Source: an uncultured Eubacteriales bacterium (GTDB lineage: Bacteria > Bacillota > Clostridia > Christensenellales > Pumilibacteraceae). Taken from it: a DNA stretch of 55,146 nt. This document shows, in pieces, positions 41,811 through 50,262 of the stretch (positions within the stretch are counted from its first letter, which is position 1; each line of letters begins with the position of its first letter). The notes beneath the pieces were generated by a model. It searched no databases and was not told where the DNA came from. It saw only the letters and a program-made list of their open reading frames with translations. Location of the stretch: assembly GCA_902783025.1 (NCBI GenBank), contig CACZPH010000048.1:1-55146 (forward strand), written 5' to 3'. A program made the position numbers and the translations under genes.

Positions 41811-43433
41811 ATGAAAAGTACGTCGGTTTCTTCTCTCTGGCAGGGCTACGACCGCAAGGCGATACCGCTCGATACGCGCGTAGTCAAGACGTTCGACGAG
41901 AAGAAATGCACAACCGAATACGTATTCTTTAACGGCGAGGCGACCGTACAGGGCTGCACCCGCGTTTTCGGTATGTACTTTCGCAACAAAACCCCCAACG
42001 GCGCGAGCATAATCGTCATGAACGACGTAACCGCGCCTTTCGAGCGCAAGCACGTCGACCTTTTCCTTCTTCGCGGTTATCACGTGCTCTTGCTCGATTA
42101 CGCGGGCAAGCGCGAAGACAAAGGCTATTATACCGTGTACCCGGATTCCCTGTCGCTCGCCAACTACTACATGGATCCTGACTGCGTAGTCAAAACGTCG
42201 TCGCGGCTCAAGTCCACCTGCTGGTACGTGTGGACGACGGTAATGCTCCGAGGCATAACTTTTTTGGAGAGCCTTCCCGAAACCAATCCCGGGAAAATAA
42301 ACCTTTTCGGAGAGAAGATGGGCGCGTTTCAGGTATGGAAAACGGTTTACGTCGAGCCTAACGTCTGCTGCGGCGTGGCGCTCAACAATTCGGGCTATAT
42401 CGCCAAGCCTTTCGACGAAGACTCGTCGTTCTTCTTCCAGACGTGTCTCGACAATATCAACTACGCTCAACAGATCTCCGTTCCCGTGCTCATTCAGGTT
42501 TCCACCAACGCCACCGACAACTCGATGGACTACATGAACAACCTTTACACCGTCATCAAGAGCAGCAAGTGTAAATTCTCCATATCCGAGCGCTCGAACG
42601 ACGAAATAGGATTTTACCAAAAAGACAATATCGAAATTTTCATGTCGTATTTCAATTTCGGCAAGACGGTTTTGCCTTTCTACCCGGAGATAAAGCCGCG
42701 CCAGACCGGGCACGATCTTTACTACGACGTAAAGGTCGACGAGAGCATGGAGGTCGAGGAGATCGAACTGCTCGTGTCGCAGGGTATCGAAAACGACGCG
42801 TACAAGAACTGGCACTCGTACAAAATGTCCGCTACCGACGTCGGATATACCGCCAAGGTAAGCGTGGCGGACAACCGCGAAGAAATTTCCGCGTTCGTCA
42901 ACGTCAAGTACAAGAATTCGCTTAGCGTTTCGAGCGAAATCATCAAGAATATCCCGCTTCTTATCGGCGTCAAGAATTCGCCCATTACGCGCACGAGGCT
43001 TCTTTATACTCCGGAGTACGGTCTGGACGAGTGGACGTCGCTCAAGGGCATGAACGTCGACGAACCGATACTCAAGATGCGCAAAGGCTATCTGGGCATT
43101 CCGGGGGTTTCGTCGCTGTCGAATTCTCTTACGACGTTCAAACTCGGCGATCCGTCCTTTTCGGGCGTAAACAAATCCACGCTTCAGATACTGTTTTATT
43201 CCAAGAAAAATCAGACGATAATTTTTACCGTGACAAAACAGGACGGCAACTCGTTTACGGAGTATTATTACAGTACGGCGCTGTTCGCCAACTCCGAATG
43301 GGTAAAACTCGATCTGTCGGCGGATATGTTCAAGTCGATGGGCGGCACGCTCGAAAACTGGGATAATATAGTGGCTTTTACCGTAGAAAGCGAAGCGCAG
43401 ATAATAGTCAATTCGCTGATTTGGATAGGGTGA
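41811..43433 (+). CDS. Hypothetical protein; N-terminal part resembles an acetyl-esterase-type alpha/beta hydrolase
   Basis: AAAGGAG RBS present. The segment IIVMNDV...LLLDYAGK...INLFGEKMGAFQ resembles an esterase fold, but Lys occupies the position where the nucleophilic Ser is expected. Confidence 0.5.
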   Translation: MKSTSVSSLWQGYDRKAIPLDTRVVKTFDEKKCTTEYVFFNGEATVQGCTRVFGMYFRNKTPNGASIIVMNDVTAPFERKHVDLFLLRGYHVLLLDYAGKREDKGYYTVYPDSLSLANYYMDPDCVVKTSSRLKSTCWYVWTTVMLRGITFLESLPETNPGKINLFGEKMGAFQVWKTVYVEPNVCCGVALNNSGYIAKPFDEDSSFFFQTCLDNINYAQQISVPVLIQVSTNATDNSMDYMNNLYTVIKSSKCKFSISERSNDEIGFYQKDNIEIFMSYFNFGKTVLPFYPEIKPRQTGHDLYYDVKVDESMEVEEIELLVSQGIENDAYKNWHSYKMSATDVGYTAKVSVADNREEISAFVNVKYKNSLSVSSEIIKNIPLLIGVKNSPITRTRLLYTPEYGLDEWTSLKGMNVDEPILKMRKGYLGIPGVSSLSNSLTTFKLGDPSFSGVNKSTLQILFYSKKNQTIIFTVTKQDGNSFTEYYYSTALFANSEWVKLDLSADMFKSMGGTLENWDNIVAFTVESEAQIIVNSLIWIG

Positions 43434-43488
43434 TCCGCAGGCCGCAAAGCGCGGCGAACTCAAAAATCGGGAGACTGTTTGGATTTTA

Positions 43489-44160
43489 GTGGAAAATTTA
43501 TTAGACAAACCGCGCAAAACTTGGTATAATACTCTAATCAACGTCCTGCTCAACGTGCTTATCGTAATAATGCTGGCGCTTATTTTACTTTTTGCGTTCG
43601 TGACTCCCGTGACGGTAATGGGCAAAAGCATGAACGACACGCTCTCGGACGGTCAGTCGATCGCGGTGTCGCGGCTCAAGCCTTCGTCGGTAAAGGTAGG
43701 AGATATCGTCATTATCGGCGACGTCGTGATAGGCGGAAAGAAAGAAGACATCGTAAAGCGCGTGGCGGCTACGGCGGGCGACGAGATCGCCTTTGCGTAC
43801 ACGGGCGAATCCGACGGCAACGGCAGGCCGGTAATCGCGCTGTACAGGAAGAAGAGCGAAAAGTGGCAAAGAGCCGACGAGAAGTACGTCAAGGAATCTA
43901 TGACCGACGCGCGGTTCAACGCTTCGGACGTCAACTTGAGCGCCGACGCGATAACAAGGACGATAAAGCTCGGCGCAAACGAAGTGTTCGTAATGGGCGA
44001 CAACCGCAACAACTCGACCGACTCGCGCCTGCTCGGCGCGTTCAATATCTCGCAGGTCAAGGCGAAAATGCTCTTCGACATATCCGCCGACCCCGTAATG
44101 GACTTTATTTTCAACAAACTATGTGCATTTCTAAAAGGAGACAGTATAAAAAATGATTAA
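43489..44160 (+). CDS. lepB: Signal peptidase I
   Basis: N-terminal TM helix, catalytic GKSMNDTL, KRVAATAGDEI and GDNRNNSTDSR boxes. The GTG start is uncertain. Confidence 0.88.
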   Translation: MENLLDKPRKTWYNTLINVLLNVLIVIMLALILLFAFVTPVTVMGKSMNDTLSDGQSIAVSRLKPSSVKVGDIVIIGDVVIGGKKEDIVKRVAATAGDEIAFAYTGESDGNGRPVIALYRKKSEKWQRADEKYVKESMTDARFNASDVNLSADAITRTIKLGANEVFVMGDNRNNSTDSRLLGAFNISQVKAKMLFDISADPVMDFIFNKLCAFLKGDSIKND

Positions 44161-44995
44161 GATTTCCACCGACTCGATGAGCGATCTCGACTATTTGTTT
44201 GAGCAAAACGACATTGCCGTAATGCCTATTTTCGTAGTGCTCGGCGACGAAACCAAACCCGACAACGAAGTCAAACCCGAGGACGTTTACGCGCACGTAG
44301 CCAAGACCAAACAGCTTCCGCACACTTCCGCGCGCAACGAATACGACTACGAGGAATTCTTCAAGTCGCTTACCGCGGACGGATCCGAAGTCGTACATAT
44401 CGCGTTTTCGTCCGAGCTTTCGACCTGCTGCAACAGCGCGATCGCCGCGGCGAAAAACGTCAAGGGCGTACACGTAGTCGATTCGCTTTCGCTCTCGACC
44501 GGAAGCGGGCTTTTGTGTATGCGCGCGGTGGACCTCGTAAAGCAAGGCAAAACCGCCGAAGAAATCGTCGAAAATCTTACCAAAGCGGTACCCGCCGTTC
44601 AGGCGTCGTTTATCGTCACGACGATGGAGTATTTAGTCAAGGGCGGCAGATGCAGTCAGCTCGCGTCGTTCTTCGCTTCGGTCCTCAAAATCAACCCGAT
44701 GCTTCAACTCGTCGGCGGCAAAATAGTGGTCGGCGCGAAATACCGCGGCAATATGCAGGTCATAGGCGAGAGGTACGTCAAGGATATCCTCAAGCAGTAC
44801 GACCACCCCGACAAAACGCGGATATTCATTACGTACACCAAGAATACGCCCGAGGCGCTCGTCGACAAGATAGAGCAAACGGTGCGCGAGAATTCGGACT
44901 TTAAGGAAATAATCCGCACGTACGCGGGCACGACCGTAACCTGTCATTGCGGAGCGGGCACGATCGGAATACTGTATATCAATGACGGAGAATAA
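44153..44995 (+). CDS. DegV-family fatty-acid-binding protein (paralog 1)
   Basis: MIKISTDSMSDL, TSARNEYDYEEFF and TTMEYLVKGGRCS are DegV-type motifs. Overlaps lepB by 8 nt. Confidence 0.85.
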   Translation: MIKISTDSMSDLDYLFEQNDIAVMPIFVVLGDETKPDNEVKPEDVYAHVAKTKQLPHTSARNEYDYEEFFKSLTADGSEVVHIAFSSELSTCCNSAIAAAKNVKGVHVVDSLSLSTGSGLLCMRAVDLVKQGKTAEEIVENLTKAVPAVQASFIVTTMEYLVKGGRCSQLASFFASVLKINPMLQLVGGKIVVGAKYRGNMQVIGERYVKDILKQYDHPDKTRIFITYTKNTPEALVDKIEQTVRENSDFKEIIRTYAGTTVTCHCGAGTIGILYINDGE

Positions 44996-45001
44996 AAACA
45001 T

Positions 45002-45036
45002 AAGCGACGCTTTGAGAGATCAAAGCGTCGCTTTTG
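45002..45036 (+). terminator. Rho-independent terminator between the degV paralogs
   Basis: 13-bp perfect stem AAGCGACGCTTTG / CAAAGCGTCGCTT followed by TT. Confidence 0.7.
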
Positions 45037-45121
45037 GTAAAAGAAACTTAACACGTGTATATTTATCGTCCGCTTTAGAAGTTAACGCGGCGGGCGCAGA
45101 TACAATAAAGGAAAAGATTTT

Positions 45122-45961
45122 ATGATAAAGATTACTACGGATTCGACCAGCGATATGGACTATCTTGCCGCCGAGCGCGGAGTGGAAGTCATGCCGCTCA
45201 ACATAATTCTCGGCGACAAAACGGGCTACGACGGAGTGGACGTTTTTCCGAGCGACGTTTACGAATATACCGAGCGCACCGGACAGGTCCCGCATACCGC
45301 CGCGCGCAACGCTCAGGACTACGAAGAATTTTTCGCGCGGCTTACTAAGAGCGGCGACGAAGTGATACATATCGCGTTTTCGTCCGAGCTTTCGACGAGC
45401 TGCGCCTGCGCCCGCGCCGCCGCGGAAAAGGTAAAAGGCGTGAGAGTTATCGACTCCAAGAACCTCTCGTGCGGCAGCGCCCTGCTCGTTATGCGCGCGC
45501 TCGATATGGTCGAAGAAGGGCTTAGTGCCGACGAGATCGAAAAACGCGTCGGCGCGCTCGTCGACAAAGTGCAATGCTCCTTTATCGTCACGACGATGGA
45601 GTACCTGCACAAAGGCGGCAGATGCTCGCTTATTTCGTCGCTCGTCGCCACCGCGCTAAAACTCACTCCGTGTCTTCAGCTCGTCGGCGGCAAAATTTTG
45701 GTCGGCGCCAAGTATATGGGCAATATCATCAAGACAGGGGAGCGGTACGTCAAGGATATTCTCAACCAATTCGACCGCCCCGACAAGCGCCGCGTGTTCG
45801 TCGCCTGCACCGAAGGCACCGATCCGCGCCTTTACGCCGCCGTCAAGAACACATTGCTCGCCAACTCTTCCTTCGACAGCGTGATCGAGGTCCGCGCCGG
45901 CACCACGATAACCTGCCATTGCGGCAAAGGCACCGCCGCCATTTACTACATAAACGAATAA
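45122..45961 (+). CDS. DegV-family fatty-acid-binding protein (paralog 2)
   Basis: Collinear with paralog 1: MIKITTDSTSDM, HIAFSSELST and TTMEYLHKGGRCS. Confidence 0.85.
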   Translation: MIKITTDSTSDMDYLAAERGVEVMPLNIILGDKTGYDGVDVFPSDVYEYTERTGQVPHTAARNAQDYEEFFARLTKSGDEVIHIAFSSELSTSCACARAAAEKVKGVRVIDSKNLSCGSALLVMRALDMVEEGLSADEIEKRVGALVDKVQCSFIVTTMEYLHKGGRCSLISSLVATALKLTPCLQLVGGKILVGAKYMGNIIKTGERYVKDILNQFDRPDKRRVFVACTEGTDPRLYAAVKNTLLANSSFDSVIEVRAGTTITCHCGKGTAAIYYINE

Positions 45962-46005
45962 ATAAACAACCCCCGTCTCGGAATAACCGCGGCGGGGTTT
46001 TGCCA

Positions 46006-46035
46006 TTGACAAAGACAAGACTAAAGTGGTACAAT
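46006..46035 (+). promoter_or_regulatory. Promoter at the left edge of the AT-rich islet (extended -10)
   Basis: TTGACA (46006-46011), 18-nt spacer, TGgTACAAT (46027-46035). Confidence 0.6.
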
Positions 46036-46101
46036 ATACCTACAACGCTGGGGGCAGAGTAACTACTACCGTACTGTCATCTTGAATTATAAGAGGAATA
46101 A

Positions 46102-46218
46102 ATGGATAAAAAACAGAAAAAGAAGATAGCAACCGAACTCTTTTTAAGTATGCTGGCTACTGCAATCGTGACTACGCTTTCCGTGGTTATTTTGCTTCTA
46201 AGCGTTTTGGGGAGATAG
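46102..46218 (+). CDS. 38-aa single-TM peptide (MDKKQKKKIATELFLSMLATAIVTTLSVVILLLSVLGR)
   Basis: This ORF is not in the supplied track. AAGAGGA RBS lies 4 nt upstream. Its stop codon sits 1 nt before the next ATG. Confidence 0.45.
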   Translation: MDKKQKKKIATELFLSMLATAIVTTLSVVILLLSVLGR

Positions 46219-46219
46219 T

Positions 46220-46453
46220 ATGGAAACGTATAGCAAAAAGGGTCTGTTGATTTTTCTTATAACTTTTTTTACGATGGCGGTAAATCTGGCTTTTGCAATA
46301 AAATGTTATACCAAAGTTTCTTCCGCTTTTTATCTCGCCGTTCTAATCGTTAACATCTTAGCTCTTGTTTTAAATGTGGCTTTATTTGCTGTTTATTTTG
46401 TCAAATTGCGTACGCTCTCCCCCAAAGAAAGAGACGGCAATAATAAAGAATAA
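46220..46453 (+). CDS. 77-aa two-TM membrane protein
   Basis: A GGGGAG RBS lies within the end of the upstream ORF. Two hydrophobic helices and a charged tail. Confidence 0.55.
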   Translation: METYSKKGLLIFLITFFTMAVNLAFAIKCYTKVSSAFYLAVLIVNILALVLNVALFAVYFVKLRTLSPKERDGNNKE

Positions 46454-46505
46454 AACGGAAAGCACCGAGACGCCTTTGGAAAGAAATTTGGAGGGAACTT
46501 TTTAA

Positions 46506-47084
46506 ATGATTTTAAGTAAATATATCTTGGCGGCAGAAAAAAAGGCTTTCTCGGAACCGGAAGTAATCTCTTTTCAAGTAGATGATTGGAAAATATTAGA
46601 GAAGTTTTCTTATCGTATTAAAGAAAAAAAACATTTTACCGATGTTTGGGAGGATATTTTAGACCAGCTAAATGATTTTACGGTTAATCAAAAAACTGAC
46701 GTTAATTTATTCTTAACGCCAAAAACTTTAGATAATCTTATACAGGAAAACGTGTTATTAAGTACGCTGTCCCACATGGATTTACCTACAAAATATCTTA
46801 TCAAAATTTATGAAAAAAACAATAAGAATTTCGAAGGTTTAATTACTGTTTATTTGCGATATATAGAAAATCATGATACGGAGAATTTGCTTGCATTATC
46901 AAAGACGCATCACAACAATTTCGTTATGGCATATGTTTGCTTAAAAATCGGAAATGAATGTAAAGAAGTTAAAATCCTATATGATAGTATAACTGACGAA
47001 AAGTATAAAAAACTCATAAAGAAGGCAAAAACGCAGTCAAACGATACGGAACGATACTTTATTGAATTATTTTCGCTAAAATAA
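46506..47084 (+). CDS. Hypothetical 192-aa soluble protein (orphan)
   Basis: GGAGGGA RBS upstream. Lys/Asn/Ile-rich composition typical of AT-rich accessory DNA. Confidence 0.6.
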   Translation: MILSKYILAAEKKAFSEPEVISFQVDDWKILEKFSYRIKEKKHFTDVWEDILDQLNDFTVNQKTDVNLFLTPKTLDNLIQENVLLSTLSHMDLPTKYLIKIYEKNNKNFEGLITVYLRYIENHDTENLLALSKTHHNNFVMAYVCLKIGNECKEVKILYDSITDEKYKKLIKKAKTQSNDTERYFIELFSLK

Positions 47085-47089
47085 AAATG

Positions 47090-47133
47090 TGTCAACCCCC
47101 GCTCCTATTTTCGGAGTGGGGTGGCTGTTGACA
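47090..47133. repeat. Composite hairpin, copy 1 of a repeated hairpin motif
   Basis: Outer stem TGTCAAC/GTTGACA and inner stem CCCCGCTCC/GGAGTGGGG. The 19-mer CCCGCTCCTATTTTCGGAG (47098-47116) recurs at 48235-48253. Confidence 0.65.
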
Positions 47134-47243
47134 AAGGCAATCAGGAGTAGACTTTGAAGAAATGCGCAACAAAGCTTGGTATGTTCTTAAAAAAATAATT
47201 TGGTGGATAACAAGGAACAACTAAACAGGACGTCGATATACGA

Positions 47244-47507
47244 ATGGAATTATTGAAACTATTATTAGAGAGCTGGATGATGTTTTTTCTTTCAGATAGC
47301 CGTCGTAATAGTGCCGGCGGTGGAAGTTGGATAAATTTTTTAGTTGTAGCTCTAACGGCTTTTGCGACTCTTGGATTATGGTTTTTGGCATACGAGATAT
47401 TCGAGTTCAAACTTAATTGCCATTATTGGAGAAGCAAAGTTTTCGCGACCATCTTCGTAATAGTAGCGTGGATAGTGTTTATCGCAATCTGCATATTCGT
47501 CGGATAG
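47244..47507 (+). CDS. 87-aa two-TM membrane protein (tentative)
   Basis: Two clear hydrophobic helices, but only a weak RBS. It competes with an antisense ORF (47141-47410) that looks less protein-like. Confidence 0.4.
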   Translation: MELLKLLLESWMMFFLSDSRRNSAGGGSWINFLVVALTAFATLGLWFLAYEIFEFKLNCHYWRSKVFATIFVIVAWIVFIAICIFVG

Positions 47508-47683
47508 CAGTAAAAAAGCTCTGCAGCCAACATTATGAAAACAAACAGTTTAATGACGCATTAAAACAGTGCCATGTTACAGATAAAAATATAGCAAAAA
47601 AAATACACCGCAAAATCACAAAAAGGACTATTCATATTGGGAAATTGTTGAAATAATAAAAAAGTATTTAGGGTTGTTTTAAA

Positions 47684-48193
47684 ATGAAAGAAAAATATAA
47701 AAAAACAATATCTCCTACACACATCGTTCCGACTATTATTGATAATTTTTACGGAGCCGAATTTAGTCTGATACACCGCGCGTGCAATATGGTAATGCTT
47801 ACTTTTACAGCCAAAAACGGTGAAGAATATCAGTTGCACGTTCAGTGTCATTTCAGGATTACTCTTGGCGATAAAGTTTTGCTTGATACCGACGCGCTGT
47901 ATACCAAAAGCACTAAAATACAAAACGAAGAAAACGTGGAATATGACATAATAGGCAATACTCTTTTTGACGAAATAGTGGACAAAAAGTCGGATTTGTT
48001 TTTGGCCGGTAAAGTCGAAGAAATCAGATACGATGAAGGCGATTTACGCCTTGTTTTAAATAGCGGCATCAAGATAGACGTTTTCAAAAACGTTACCGAG
48101 TACGAAAACGAAGTGTACCCTGCGTATCCGCGAGAGAATTATCGGATATTCCGCGTACGCGAAGATTTGGAAGACTCTGATCTTGTAGTTTGA
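47684..48193 (+). CDS. Hypothetical 169-aa soluble protein (orphan)
   Basis: ATG with a weak RBS. Acidic C-terminus. Followed by hairpin copy 2. Confidence 0.55.
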   Translation: MKEKYKKTISPTHIVPTIIDNFYGAEFSLIHRACNMVMLTFTAKNGEEYQLHVQCHFRITLGDKVLLDTDALYTKSTKIQNEENVEYDIIGNTLFDEIVDKKSDLFLAGKVEEIRYDEGDLRLVLNSGIKIDVFKNVTEYENEVYPAYPRENYRIFRVREDLEDSDLVV

Positions 48194-48234
48194 CAGGCTT
48201 TTTTAACAACGAAAACCCGAAAACTTGGCTACCA

Positions 48235-48257
48235 CCCGCTCCTATTTTCGGAGCGGG
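48235..48257. repeat. Hairpin copy 2 (probably also the terminator for the convergent genes)
   Basis: CCCGCTCC / TATTTTC loop / GGAGCGGG. It shares 23 of 24 nt with copy 1. Confidence 0.65.
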
Positions 48258-48271
48258 GGTTTGCTAAAGTA

Positions 48272-49246
48272 TCAGATTTTGTGGTTTACGTGGAGAAGTA
48301 TTTTGCCGATATTCTTATTGTTCCGCATTTCGGCTTGCGCTTCTTCGACCTGCTCGATATCGAAAACCTTGTAGATCTCGGGCGAAATTTCCCCGCTCGC
48401 AAAGAGCGGAAAGAATTCGGCTGACAGGCGCGAGAGAATGTCGTGCTTGACTTCGTTGGTGCGGGCGCGCAGCGTACTGCCGATAAGGCGCAGAGCCTTC
48501 TTGTACGCGATACGCATATCGAATTCGCTCGTATCTCCGCCCATAGTGGCGATACATATCCACCTGCCGCCGCGGCCCAGCATAGCGAAAAGTTTGCCCG
48601 CGTCGTTGCCGCCCACGCTGTCGATAACGAGGTCGACGGGGTTTTGCTCAAAGGCGGCGAAGAGGCTTTCGGTCTTGAGATTGACGATAACGTCCGCGCC
48701 GAATTTCTTGATCGCTTGTTTTTTCTCTTCGCTTCTTACCGAAGCAATTACTTTTGCGCCGTACGCCTTGGCAAGCTGAGTTACGGCTATTCCCACGCCG
48801 CTCGCGCCCGCCGTCACGTAGACGGTTTCGCCTTTTTGGAGTTTGCCTTCCACGAAGAGATTAAGGTACGCGGTGCAATAGACTTCGGGGATCGCCGCGC
48901 CCACGCGCGTATCGATACCTTTTGGAAGCGGCAAAACGAGCCCGTAAGGCACGGCTACGAATTCGGAATAACCGCCGCCGCCGAGCAGCGCGCAAACCTT
49001 GTCGCCGAAGCGCAGAGACGAGTTGTTTTTCGCCTCTTCGCTCATATCGTACACCTCGCCCGCGACTTCGAGCCCCATTACGTCCGGCCAGCCGGGCGGC
49101 GGGGGATAAATTCCGTCGCGCTGCATAAGGTCGGCTCTGTTCATGCCCGCGTAGTCGACCTTGATTATTATTTCGCCGCTCTTGAGAGCGGGGTACGGAA
49201 CGTCGGTCAGAAGCGGCGTTTTGTCTTTTACGATAACGGTTTTCAA
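48272..49246 (-). CDS. NAD(P)H:quinone oxidoreductase (MDR superfamily, PIG3/Qor type)
   Basis: GMNRADLMQRDGIYPPPPGWPDVMGLEVAGEV and GASGVGIAVTQLAK. TTG start with GGAG 6 nt upstream. Confidence 0.8.
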   Translation of the reverse strand: MKTVIVKDKTPLLTDVPYPALKSGEIIIKVDYAGMNRADLMQRDGIYPPPPGWPDVMGLEVAGEVYDMSEEAKNNSSLRFGDKVCALLGGGGYSEFVAVPYGLVLPLPKGIDTRVGAAIPEVYCTAYLNLFVEGKLQKGETVYVTAGASGVGIAVTQLAKAYGAKVIASVRSEEKKQAIKKFGADVIVNLKTESLFAAFEQNPVDLVIDSVGGNDAGKLFAMLGRGGRWICIATMGGDTSEFDMRIAYKKALRLIGSTLRARTNEVKHDILSRLSAEFFPLFASGEISPEIYKVFDIEQVEEAQAEMRNNKNIGKILLHVNHKI

Positions 49247-49257
49247 TGTTTTCTCCT

Positions 49258-50262
49258 TTATTTAAGAAGCCCGCAAGCCTTGAGCACGACGTCGTGGAGT
49301 TTTTGCTCGTAGTCCGGTGTAAAGGGGTTTTGCTTGCCCTGCGTGCATTCGTAGAAGTCGCGCATCATTTTGTCGTAGCGGGTGGTGGGGCCGTAAGTTT
49401 TGATCGGCGCGCGGTGATCCCACTCGGCTCCGCGATCGCTTAATAGATTTACGCGCATATCCGAGTACATATTGCCCTTGACGTAGTATTCGGTGGGGCA
49501 GATCTCTATCGTGCCTTCGGTGCCGGTAATTACCACCTGACGGCGCATAAGCCCGCCGCATTCGCGCGCCGAAGCCTTGGCGTAGCCGAAAGCGTTGTCG
49601 TATTTAAGCACTACCGCGCCAACGTCTTCGGGCTTGTTTTCTCCCTCGTAGGTCGAGAAATTGAGCGGAATAACTTCCTTCGGGAAGCCCAAAAACCTTA
49701 CTATTATATCTATAAGGTGGCAGCCCAAAAAGTTCATCATGCCGCCCTCGAACTTACCCAGCCACTTGCGCTTGTCGTCCTGATGATAGCAGCCCATTTC
49801 GGTCTCTACGGAGTAAACTCTGCCCAACTTCCCGCTCTTTACTATCTCGAAGGCTTCGTCGAGCGCCATGTTGTAGCGGTACATATACCCGGTGTGGAAT
49901 TGTTTGTCCGACTTCTTGGCGAGCGCTATCATTTCGTCGAACTCTTGCTTGTTTTGACCGCCCGGCTTGTCCATATGCACGTGCAAGCCTTTCTTGATAA
50001 ACTTTATCGCGTGGGTGGACAGGTAATTGTCTTCGCACTCCACGGCGACCGCGTCGAGATCGTCCATGGCGAGTATTTCGTCGTATGAATACTGCTTTAC
50101 CTTGGAGTAAATTTTGCCGTGCTTAGGGCGTTCGGGATCGTCTTCGGGCGTAAGGCACCAGCCAACGAGATCGTAAATGTCGCTGAGGCGATACAAGGCG
50201 TCGAGCGTAGCGCCCGCGTGATCGTGTCCCACGCCAACCATGGCTATACGTAATTTTTTCAT
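49258..50262 (-). CDS. Gfo/Idh/MocA-family oxidoreductase
   Basis: N-terminal Rossmann motif KLRIAMVGVGHDHA. Overlaps the upstream gene by ATGA. Confidence 0.8.
   Translation of the reverse strand: MKKLRIAMVGVGHDHAGATLDALYRLSDIYDLVGWCLTPEDDPERPKHGKIYSKVKQYSYDEILAMDDLDAVAVECEDNYLSTHAIKFIKKGLHVHMDKPGGQNKQEFDEMIALAKKSDKQFHTGYMYRYNMALDEAFEIVKSGKLGRVYSVETEMGCYHQDDKRKWLGKFEGGMMNFLGCHLIDIIVRFLGFPKEVIPLNFSTYEGENKPEDVGAVVLKYDNAFGYAKASARECGGLMRRQVVITGTEGTIEICPTEYYVKGNMYSDMRVNLLSDRGAEWDHRAPIKTYGPTTRYDKMMRDFYECTQGKQNPFTPDYEQKLHDVVLKACGLLK

Noticed and set aside
41769-43640. 623-aa minus-strand ORF
   Set aside because: It is antisense to the 41811-43433 and lepB genes. Its Arg/Val/Phe-rich composition lacks any motif, and the plus-strand genes have good RBSs and recognisable signal-peptidase boxes.
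47141-47656. ORFs 47141-47410 (minus strand) and 47417-47656 (plus strand) in the AT-rich islet
   Set aside because: They have no RBS and non-ATG or poorly placed starts. They overlap the more protein-like two-TM ORF at 47244-47507. They are kept out of the feature list, but this region remains uncertain.
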